Of a stretch of DNA of 31,811 nucleotides, positions 8,567-15,466 are shown in pieces. Below the pieces are notes generated by a model. The model was not told the DNA's origin. It saw only the letters and a list, made by a program, of their open reading frames with translations, and searched no databases. Position numbers and translations under genes: made by a program. Position 1 is the stretch's first letter; every line of letters starts with the position of its first letter. This stretch comes from Candidatus Saccharimonadota bacterium. Its GTDB lineage: Bacteria; Patescibacteriota; Saccharimonadia; Saccharimonadales; JAQGGX01. The DNA lies in NCBI GenBank assembly GCA_028289075.1, contig JAQGGX010000058.1, positions 1 to 31,811 of the forward strand, read 5' to 3'.

Positions 8567-8606
8567 CCCAGCCAAGAGAAATGTCCTGAATCCCGGCGTC
8601 CCCAGC
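8567..8606 (+). repeat. Direct repeat R2 (40 bp)
   Basis: Identical to 7469-7508. Confidence 0.97.
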
Positions 8607-8610
8607 CACG

Positions 8611-8645
8611 AAAAGAGCATCCTGCCAAAGGTAGGGTGCTTTTTT
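8611..8645. terminator. Bidirectional terminator-like hairpin at the left end of unit 2
   Basis: AAAAGAGCATCCTGCC-AAA-GGTAGGGTGCTTTTTT, 13 nt beyond the stop of 8659..9525. Confidence 0.75.
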
Positions 8646-8658
8646 AGTTAGCTATGCA

Positions 8659-9525
8659 TTACTTCATGAACTCAGCTATGCATTCCCACAGTTTTTCTGG
8701 CTGCTCATCAGCAATAAAATGACCACTGCCCTCGATTTTCTTACCTTCAATATTTACTAGGCCAGCCCTAGTGAAGCCTGCAATATAAGGCTCAATGCTC
8801 ACCCCACTATGACTACCCCTGAGGTAAAGAACAGGAGTCTGAATAGACTGACTTGGGGCGGGCGTATTATCTTTTTTGTCTTGCGTAAAGGCACGGTACC
8901 ATTCAAAACCGGTACTGAGCGCGCTAGGCTGTGTGTATGCTTTGGCATATCGTTCACGTGATTCTGTTGTTATCAATTCAGGTTTGAGCGACATAGCGTC
9001 GAAGAAGAAATCGAAGTAATCCGCTTGTTTACCCTGTACTAATTTCTCTGGTAACTCCGGAATAGTATGAAATGCAAAGTGCCAAATATGGGGATTGCGC
9101 AACACTTCATCCCACGGGTCAATTCCAGGCACCGCGACATCTATGATAATGGCTCGTTCCAAATAATCACCGTGATTAGTAAGATATGAATAGGTAACCA
9201 TACCGCCGCAATCATGACCAACAAGGGTCACATGCTGGAGGTCCAGCGCCTGGACAACGCCGTATACATATGCAGCAATTTCCTTTTTGCTCCCAACAAG
9301 CGGCTCACAACTAGACGCGCCCATCCCTGGCATGTCTACGGACACTGCATGCACCGTCTGACCCGCGAGGATCATAACTTTTTCAAAGGCCGACCAGTCT
9401 TGTGGCCAGCCATGCAAAAAGAGTACTACAGGGTCGTTAAGCATCCCACACTCGACGACGTGAATACGCGCATCCTTGACCTCTATATATCTGTGCCGTA
9501 GTTCATGGGTACTTTGAAGTTCCAT
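8659..9525 (-). CDS. Alpha/beta hydrolase, epoxide hydrolase/haloacetate dehalogenase-like
   Basis: HGWP oxyanion motif, GHDCGG nucleophile elbow (Asp), WHFAFH, GFEWYRA, C-terminal GHF. Confidence 0.92.
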   Translation of the reverse strand: MELQSTHELRHRYIEVKDARIHVVECGMLNDPVVLFLHGWPQDWSAFEKVMILAGQTVHAVSVDMPGMGASSCEPLVGSKKEIAAYVYGVVQALDLQHVTLVGHDCGGMVTYSYLTNHGDYLERAIIIDVAVPGIDPWDEVLRNPHIWHFAFHTIPELPEKLVQGKQADYFDFFFDAMSLKPELITTESRERYAKAYTQPSALSTGFEWYRAFTQDKKDNTPAPSQSIQTPVLYLRGSHSGVSIEPYIAGFTRAGLVNIEGKKIEGSGHFIADEQPEKLWECIAEFMK

Positions 9526-9625
9526 ATCTTTTACTATACCCCCTTTCTCATCCTAATAGGTAGAGCACTATGCCCCCTCCTATCATGCCCATCACCATCG
9601 TTCAAAGCTTGGAACGTTGACTACC

Positions 9626-9649
9626 TCCCCAGCCAAGAGAAATGTCCTG
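9626..9649 (+). repeat. Direct repeat R3 (24 bp, shortened)
   Basis: TCCCCAGCCAAGAGAAATGTCCTG, identical to 7467-7490. Confidence 0.93.
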
Positions 9650-9748
9650 GCTCGCTACCCTACCGCCTCTGCAGGAGGCGGACGTACAGGAGAGCTGCTT
9701 CGCAATCTCGACACTGAGCTTCGTTCTTCCGCTGAAAGTGCGGCTTAA

Positions 9749-9937
9749 CATTCGGCTTTATCAAGCAACGCTTACTTCAATACACAGCGCACCAATGGCC
9801 CCCTCACCGCTCCCAGTACCAGTGCGTCTAGCGGTAACGGTGTCTACACCTACAGTGCGGACGCTATTTTCCCCACCAGCACTTACCAGGCAACCAACTA
9901 CTGGGTTGATCCTATATTTAACCTGACGACTCCTTGA
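9749..9937 (+). pseudogene. C-terminal remnant of a DUF4082-like domain protein
   Basis: Hand translation HSALSSNAYFNTQRTNGPLTAPSTSASSGNGVYTYSADAIFPTSTYQATNYWVDPIFNLTTP*; no start codon, in-frame TAA at 9746-9748. The GPL..GNGVY..FPT..NYWVD pattern is recognised as DUF4082. Confidence 0.75.
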
Positions 9938-9947
9938 AGTCAGATCC

Positions 9948-10709
9948 CTATTTTTTCTTGAACCTCTTTTTGATTATTCCCCACACGAAATGGGCATTGC
10001 CTCGAGCCATGAATTCTTTTTTGTTGCTGCCGATCGACTCTATCAGCCGTGAGGCTGTGAATTCGGCACTATCTGGGTCGGGCAAGAAATCTTGCCTTTG
10101 AGCTTTGGCTTCCATCTCGCGTGGATCCATCTTGAAGACATTCTTTCCAAACTGAGATGACGTGATGAATGGATAAAACGCGCTTACCTCGATATTGTCT
10201 TTGGCAAGTTCTTTGCGCATCACGAGTGTCATATGCGTAAGAGCTATCTTTGTCAGGGAGTAGGCGCCTAGGCCGGGTAAAGCCATCTTGGCTGTCGGTG
10301 TACTGACGTTCACGATCCTTCCGCCGCTCTGGGCGCGCATGATCGGTAGTACCGCTTGCACCGCGACCAGCGGGCCGACGACATGCAGGTCGAACAGGTA
10401 GCGTACTTTGTCTGCTTCTACGAGCTCGAGCGGGCTTTCATAACCCTTGCCGGCGTTATTTATGAGTATGTCGATACGGCCAAAGTGTTCGTGCACTTTC
10501 TTTACCATTGCTTGTACGGACGCGTCATCCGTCATATCGGTTGGGATTGCCACACTTCTCTCAATGCTATCTGCAACCTCGTCGAGCGTGTCGCTCCCTG
10601 GCGCGGCGATTGCCACCAACGCACCTTGTGCCGCTAGCTGTCTAGCCGCTGCGAGTCCGATACCGGATGATCCTCCGGTTATTATCACGACCTTTTCTTT
10701 AAAATTCAT
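9948..10709 (-). CDS. SDR family NAD(P)-dependent oxidoreductase
   Basis: TGGSSGIG, NNAG and catalytic YSLTK. Confidence 0.95.
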   Translation of the reverse strand: MNFKEKVVIITGGSSGIGLAAARQLAAQGALVAIAAPGSDTLDEVADSIERSVAIPTDMTDDASVQAMVKKVHEHFGRIDILINNAGKGYESPLELVEADKVRYLFDLHVVGPLVAVQAVLPIMRAQSGGRIVNVSTPTAKMALPGLGAYSLTKIALTHMTLVMRKELAKDNIEVSAFYPFITSSQFGKNVFKMDPREMEAKAQRQDFLPDPDSAEFTASRLIESIGSNKKEFMARGNAHFVWGIIKKRFKKK

Positions 10710-10757
10710 ATTGTTGCCCCTTCTTGCACGTAATGCATAACAGTGATACTCTAAATT

Positions 10758-10773
10758 TAGAACAATTGTTCTA
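10758..10773. promoter_or_regulatory. Probable TetR operator
   Basis: Perfect 16-bp palindrome TAGAACAATTGTTCTA between divergent SDR and TetR genes; TATAAT at 10785-10790. Confidence 0.75.
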
Positions 10774-10796
10774 GAACAGTCAAGTATAATTTATAT

Positions 10797-11420
10797 ATGT
10801 CCGATCACTATTTACGCACCACCCCAGTTCATAAGCGCAGTCAGGCGACAATTCAGAAAATCCTGAATACCGCTGAAGCTGCTTTTTTGGAGTTGGGTTA
10901 TGACAAAGTTACGACGCGAATCATTGCCGAAAGAGCTGGCGTGCCTACGGGTTCCCTGTATCATTTTTTCCCAAACAAAAATGCCATCCTGGATGGCCTC
11001 GCAGCTCGACACCTAGAAGCCCAAAAGGACATGCACCAAGATTTACAATCTGTTTCACCGACCACAGACCTAGAGGTGTTCATAGACCTACTAGTCGACA
11101 AGATATTGATCCATTTTGAATCACACGCACCGTTTGAGCGAATTATCAATGCACGTTCGTCTTCGTCGGAAATAGCAGAGTACGTGAAGCGTTTTAACGA
11201 GGAAGCGCTAAACAATACTATTCGGAATATGGCTGCCGCCTACCCTTCCGTATCTCCTGACGTTCTCAAAGTGCAGGCTGAAACAACTGTGGCGCTCGTG
11301 AGGAGTTTGCTAGATGTCTCTACCCGCCAATCTGACGCTGCTACTCGTGCAAAAGTCATAGAAAACATGAAGGTTGCCCTGCATGCAATATGGGAGCCAC
11401 TTATAAAGACGCTGCGATAA
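10797..11420 (+). CDS. TetR/AcrR family transcriptional regulator
   Basis: N-terminal HTH GYDKVTTRIIAERAGVPTGSLYHFFPNK. Confidence 0.95.
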   Translation: MSDHYLRTTPVHKRSQATIQKILNTAEAAFLELGYDKVTTRIIAERAGVPTGSLYHFFPNKNAILDGLAARHLEAQKDMHQDLQSVSPTTDLEVFIDLLVDKILIHFESHAPFERIINARSSSSEIAEYVKRFNEEALNNTIRNMAAAYPSVSPDVLKVQAETTVALVRSLLDVSTRQSDAATRAKVIENMKVALHAIWEPLIKTLR

Positions 11421-11446
11421 GGCTCACCGACGGTAGTCATTGTAAG

Positions 11447-11686
11447 ATGAAAAAGAAAATAATTTTCCTTGCTGGAGGTACATTTATTTACATCGTGCTC
11501 CTGTCTGTAGGTACTACGCCGCCTGCGTTTAACCGAACAACAAACTCCGGCACGGAAAATATGGGTCTAACCGGCGCCAACATCCGCTGGGGTACACTTG
11601 CCGCAGGCCAAACGGCGTTACCAGCGAGCTTTATGTCCGCGAACATCGTCTCTACGAGCAACTTGTTTATCGTTTGTGGTATGTAG
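11447..11686 (+). CDS. Small protein with N-terminal hydrophobic segment (79 aa)
   Basis: Within track ORF 11390..11686; start reassigned to ATG 11447 (MKKKIIFLAGG...); followed by a terminator-like hairpin. Confidence 0.45.
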   Translation: MKKKIIFLAGGTFIYIVLLSVGTTPPAFNRTTNSGTENMGLTGANIRWGTLAAGQTALPASFMSANIVSTSNLFIVCGM

Positions 11687-11707
11687 GGCTAAGATCTAGA
11701 GTTTATC

Positions 11708-11730
11708 ACTAACCTCTGGGTTAGTTTTAT
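11708..11730 (+). terminator. Terminator-like hairpin
   Basis: ACTAACC-TCTG-GGTTAGT followed by TTTATT. Confidence 0.55.
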
Positions 11731-11877
11731 TGTTGATCCCATGGATGTATGTCGCCTAGTGTGGTGCGAGACATATAGACTTTTATGGCTTGATTGTAGC
11801 AGAAGCGGTTACAGGGCATTTTCAGGGGCGCAAAACCCTTTTAACTGTGGTAGGCTATTATCCGTATCACCCTACGT

Positions 11878-12035
11878 TGGGGAATGGCAACTGGTAAGTC
11901 ACCGGGTTCTAGTCCCAGGATCAGGGTGAGACATGCCCGGGGCATGTCGCAAGGCGACTTTCCGATGCAAGCTATGCTTACAATCGTGAAATCGCGGGGC
12001 TGCCGGAGGTAGGTCGAATCCCTCATCCCCAGCCA
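11878..12035 (+). pseudogene. Interrupted tRNA-Gln-derived copy with CUA anticodon and ~86-nt insert in the T-arm
   Basis: 5' half TGGGGAATGGCAACTGGTAAGTCACCGGGTTCTAGTCCCAGGATCAGGGT (11878-11927) aligns to the intact tRNA; 3' half TCGAATCCCTCATCCCCAGCCA (12014-12035) is identical to 7455-7476. Confidence 0.82.
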
Positions 12036-12036
12036 A
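12014..12036 (+). repeat. att-like direct repeat of the tRNA 3' end (23 bp)
   Basis: TCGAATCCCTCATCCCCAGCCAA, identical to 7455-7477; identity begins in the T-loop. Confidence 0.95.
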
Positions 12037-12063
12037 TTCGATTTTCAACTAATCGGTTCGAAC

Positions 12064-12087
12064 GAAAGACTTCCGAAGAAGTCTTTC
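12064..12087. terminator. Terminator-like hairpin after the interrupted tRNA copy
   Basis: GAAAGACTTC-CGAA-GAAGTCTTTC, perfect 10-bp stem. Confidence 0.7.
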
Positions 12088-12166
12088 ACATTTTGCAATA
12101 GTTGTTACAAAATCTCTAAGCTCACTTCCTGAAAATTTCTAAACATATCCACTAGCCCTAACCATG

Positions 12167-12202
12167 GAAAAACCTCTAGATCTTCTGATTTAGAGGTTTT
12201 TC
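12167..12202. terminator. Bidirectional terminator-like hairpin
   Basis: GAAAAACCTCTAGATC-TTCT-GATTTAGAGGTTTTTC, 16-bp stem with one G-U pair. Confidence 0.65.
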
Positions 12203-12293
12203 TCTGTGTTGTGGGGGGTGTATTGATTTTCATAAATGTAGCATATATACTACGTAATATAGTACTTATAGTACACTGGAAGGAGGGCGACTA

Positions 12294-13196
12294 GTGGTAA
12301 GAAAACCAAACAATTTTACTATCGAAGTAAAAAATCTAGGGATGCAATACGGAGATAATCAGGTATTAAAAGACGTAAACTTTCATGCCAGGCAAGGCGA
12401 GGTGCTCGTATTGCTTGGCCCTAACGGGGCAGGTAAAACTACTACCATCGAAATTCTGGAAGGCTTTCGCAAAGCATCGACCGGATCGGTGGCCGTACTG
12501 GACATAAACCCGGAAAAAGGAGATGAGGCATGGCGGGCACGACTTGGCGTCGTTCTTCAGTCTTGGCGCGACCATTCTAAGTGGTATGTTCGCGAGTTAT
12601 TGCAGCATATTGGGAAATACTATGTGCCATACTCTACCGAGAGTCATAAACGCCCCTATGATACAGATGAAATACTCCACATCGTAGGGCTAGCTGAGCA
12701 TGCGCACAAGAAGTTGGGTGAGTTATCTGGTGGACAGCGGCGTCGTATGGATGTTGCAATCGGACTAATCGGTAATCCTGAAGTGCTATTTCTTGATGAG
12801 CCTACTGTTGGCTTTGACCCTATCGCACGCCAGGAGTTTCATGATGTTATCCATCGTCTCTCCGATCTAGAGAAAACGACAGTTCTATTAACAACACATG
12901 ACTTGCAAGAAGCAGAAAAACTTGCTGACAGAATCATCATATTGGCAGGCGGCAAAATAATTGCGAATGGTACCGCCGGAGAACTGGCGCAAGAAATTGA
13001 AGGCCGGACTGAAGTGCGTTGGCAGCAGAACGGAGAATTAATGGTCCATTCGACAAAAGATGCCACAGCGTTTACACGAGATTTGTTACGTCAACACGAA
13101 TCTGGTATTTCTGATCTGCAGATACACGGCACGACATTAGAGGAAACATACACGGGACTTATCCAGAAGTACGAAGAGAAAAAGGAGGCAAAATAA
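12294..13196 (+). CDS. ABC-2 type exporter ATP-binding protein
   Basis: Walker A GPNGAGKT, signature LSGGQRRR, Walker B LFLDEPT, H-loop TTHD; GTG start after AAGGAGG. Confidence 0.95.
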   Translation: MVRKPNNFTIEVKNLGMQYGDNQVLKDVNFHARQGEVLVLLGPNGAGKTTTIEILEGFRKASTGSVAVLDINPEKGDEAWRARLGVVLQSWRDHSKWYVRELLQHIGKYYVPYSTESHKRPYDTDEILHIVGLAEHAHKKLGELSGGQRRRMDVAIGLIGNPEVLFLDEPTVGFDPIARQEFHDVIHRLSDLEKTTVLLTTHDLQEAEKLADRIIILAGGKIIANGTAGELAQEIEGRTEVRWQQNGELMVHSTKDATAFTRDLLRQHESGISDLQIHGTTLEETYTGLIQKYEEKKEAK

Positions 13197-14041
13197 TGAA
13201 TGTTTCTTCAAATGCAGTAAAGCTTGGATTCGAACGTGGCTGGATTGATTTTAAGCGGTTCGTATCGAGTCCAGGGGATATCATACCGATTTTACTCATT
13301 GCTGCCCTATCACTTGGTTTCCTCTGGTATCAACGTGACTATCAGGTGAATGGTATCTCATTAGCTTTGGTGACACTGCCCAGTATTATCGGTATGATTG
13401 TTGCCTTTAGTGGATTTTCTACTATTTCGAGTCTGCTCACGTCCGAACAAGAAGATGGGACGCTCCTTCGAGCCAAAACAATCCCACAGGGTATTAAAGG
13501 TTACTTTATCTCTCGGCTTGTATTCGTCGCCCTAACAACAAGTATCATGTTGATAGGTATGTTGCCCGCTCTGTTCTTCGTGGACGGTGTCTCCATTGAC
13601 TTTAGTCAAGGTGTTGAGCTTGCTGGAGTACTCATTTTGGGCTTCATCGCAACGGTAACGTGGGGCGCTATTGTAGGATCACTGGTTAAAAGTGCAAAAG
13701 ATGCCAGCGCCCTTATGTTTCCTACTTTTCTCATTATAGGTATATCTGGCATTTTCTATCCTATTACTGCACTCTGGGGATGGGTGCAGGCTGTCGCGCA
13801 AATATTCCCAGTTTATTGGCTTGGCCTGGGGGCACGATCTATTATTCTTCCTGGCCAGGCAGCAGCTAACGAGATAGCTAAATCGTGGCGGACGCCAGAA
13901 ATGCTCGCTATACTTGCGATATGGGCAATTGTAGGCTTAGCCGTTGCTCCGAAGGTGCTTTCGCGGATGACTCGACGTGCCACAGGCTCTAAAATGACTG
14001 TAGATAGTGAACATGCAAAACAATACCAACCACATCAATAA
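13196..14041 (+). CDS. ABC-2 type exporter permease
   Basis: About six TM segments; EQEDGTLLR motif; SGIFYPIT; TAATG overlap with the ATPase gene. Confidence 0.92.
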   Translation: MNVSSNAVKLGFERGWIDFKRFVSSPGDIIPILLIAALSLGFLWYQRDYQVNGISLALVTLPSIIGMIVAFSGFSTISSLLTSEQEDGTLLRAKTIPQGIKGYFISRLVFVALTTSIMLIGMLPALFFVDGVSIDFSQGVELAGVLILGFIATVTWGAIVGSLVKSAKDASALMFPTFLIIGISGIFYPITALWGWVQAVAQIFPVYWLGLGARSIILPGQAAANEIAKSWRTPEMLAILAIWAIVGLAVAPKVLSRMTRRATGSKMTVDSEHAKQYQPHQ

Positions 14042-14261
14042 AAAGGACGCAGGCGGTGAAGCTGTTTATAACAGAATCAACGTTCTACGTGCTGAACGAA
14101 AGATCACTCGCAGGCAGCTTGCTGACGCACTTGGTATACACTATCAGACGGTAGGGTATCTAGAGCGTGGAGAATTCAACCCCAGCCTTCAGCTCGCACT
14201 TCGTATTGCCGAATATTTTGACGTGCCGGTTGAACGCGTATTTTCAAACGAACCTTTTTAA
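14013..14261 (+). CDS. Xre/Cro-like HTH transcriptional regulator
   Basis: NRINVLRAERKITRRQLADALGIHYQTVGYLERGEFNPSLQLALRIA; start 14013 (ATG) or 14007 (GTG). Confidence 0.92.
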   Translation: MQNNTNHINKKDAGGEAVYNRINVLRAERKITRRQLADALGIHYQTVGYLERGEFNPSLQLALRIAEYFDVPVERVFSNEPF

Positions 14262-14350
14262 AAGCTGAGATCCTTCCTTAATACAGTCAGCTTTTCACAC
14301 ACAGTCATCAGGCTAAGTGCTTAATAGTGTTCCGATTCTGGCCTGCGTGG

Positions 14351-14384
14351 CCAGCCATTACGAATTTCAACTAATCAGTTCGAA
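14351..14384 (+). repeat. Degenerate direct repeat of 12029-12062 (34 bp)
   Basis: CCAGCCATTACGAATTTCAACTAATCAGTTCGAA vs CCAGCCAATTCGATTTTCAACTAATCGGTTCGAA, 30/34 identical. Confidence 0.88.
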
Positions 14385-14462
14385 TATATAGCGCCGCTGT
14401 AGTGAGCGGTACGTTCACACCTGAATTTCCTGGCTGTAAGGGCGAGTGGTTCACGGAATGAG

Positions 14463-14570
14463 CTATGATTTACCGGCTCTTAATTTTTTCTTGCGAGCCT
14501 TTTCGTATACCGCGCGCTTAGCAGTTATTTTTTCTAATTTATCCTGCTTTTTTCTGTCTCGCTTTTTCAT
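14463..14570 (-). CDS. Small Lys/Arg-rich peptide (35 aa)
   Basis: Hand translation MKKRDRKKQDKLEKITAKRAVYEKARKKKLRAGKS*; ATGA overlap with the upstream gene. Confidence 0.6.
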   Translation of the reverse strand: MKKRDRKKQDKLEKITAKRAVYEKARKKKLRAGKS

Positions 14571-14863
14571 GTCGTGTGCCTATCAAAACCATATGTGCGG
14601 ATGTGTTGAATTGTATTTGCTAGTGACGGCTTACTATTATGCTCGGCAAAAATATAGAGCGGCTTGAACGGGTATGCCGGGTTATGGCGCGATACGATTG
14701 CCTCTGCGAGTTCTTGTGCTGCTGACAGCTCAGCTGCAGCATCTGCCAGCTCCCAGATCTTGGTACGAAGTGTATACGATAATGCCAGATTAAATTCACC
14801 ATTTTTTGTAACTACTCGGAATTTCGAAGAATTGCCCGTTGTTTGGATCTCAGTGACTATCAT
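14567..14863 (-). CDS. Hypothetical protein (98 aa)
   Basis: ORF track 14567..14923; start reassigned to ATG 14863 (MIVTEIQ), downstream of a TATAAT. Confidence 0.65.
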   Translation of the reverse strand: MIVTEIQTTGNSSKFRVVTKNGEFNLALSYTLRTKIWELADAAAELSAAQELAEAIVSRHNPAYPFKPLYIFAEHNSKPSLANTIQHIRTYGFDRHTT

Positions 14864-14957
14864 AATCTTACTATTATAGTACGTTCGGAACACTGACTCT
14901 AATATCTTCCGTAGTCCCGCCAATAAAAAGAGGTGCGTTCTGCTATCGGGATATGCA

Positions 14958-15371
14958 TTAAGCTACTAAAGGTTCTGCTTCATCGGCAGGCTTTAATATG
15001 CTGTTTACAAGCTGATCTATTTGATCATCTGATAAGTTTGCTTTCACAAGATAGTTCACAATTCCAAGATCACGTAAACCTGTTGGCGCCTCGGATTCGT
15101 TGAGGTTTGAAATAATAACAACAGGAATTTGCTTACCCCAATCACTCTTTCGCATTATGCTCAAAACTTGATCGCCAGAAATATCCGGCACCATCAGATC
15201 AAGTAGTACTAAGTCGGGCAATTCTTGTTGTATGAAGTAAAGAGCTGCTATACCATCTGTAGCTGCGAAACATGTGTAGCCAAGTAGCTCAAGACGAGTT
15301 TTATAAATGTCAGACAAGCTAGGATTGTCTTCAACGATTACTATTTTTTTGGGTGATCCAGATTGATCCAT
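14958..15371 (-). CDS. Single-domain response regulator (CheY-like receiver)
   Basis: IVIVEDN, phospho-acceptor DLVLLDLMVP, IISN, YLVK. Confidence 0.93.
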   Translation of the reverse strand: MDQSGSPKKIVIVEDNPSLSDIYKTRLELLGYTCFAATDGIAALYFIQQELPDLVLLDLMVPDISGDQVLSIMRKSDWGKQIPVVIISNLNESEAPTGLRDLGIVNYLVKANLSDDQIDQLVNSILKPADEAEPLVA

Positions 15372-15466
15372 AATACTGCTAATAGTACTGCACGAAACTT
15401 CTATTAGCTATCTAATAATAAAAATTAAATCTCTTGCCTCCCATTCTGCTGATACACTAAACAATT

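Larger units (their letters stand above)
7455..14384. mobile_element. tRNA-Gln-anchored tandem island/cassette array without an integrase
   Basis: Bounded and subdivided by tRNA-3'-end-derived direct repeats. Units: 7477-8574 (1098 bp), 8575-9635 (1061 bp), 9636-12035 (2400 bp), 12036-14357 (2322 bp). Cargo is accessory genes only. Confidence 0.75.

Noticed and set aside
11878-12035. tmRNA or group I/II intron as explanation of the interrupted tRNA
   Set aside because: The acceptor identity is Gln-like, not Ala-like, no tag ORF is evident, and 86 nt is far too short for a self-splicing intron core.
7477-14350. Prophage, IS or integrase remnant inside the array
   Set aside because: No recombinase, transposase or structural phage motifs found in any listed frame, apart from the weak 79-aa similarity reported separately.
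7469-14384. CRISPR array or classical integron interpretation of the repeats
   Set aside because: Spacing is 1-2.4 kb with whole genes between repeats, no cas or intI gene is present, and the repeats lack the attC RYYYAAC...GTTRRRY palindromic form.
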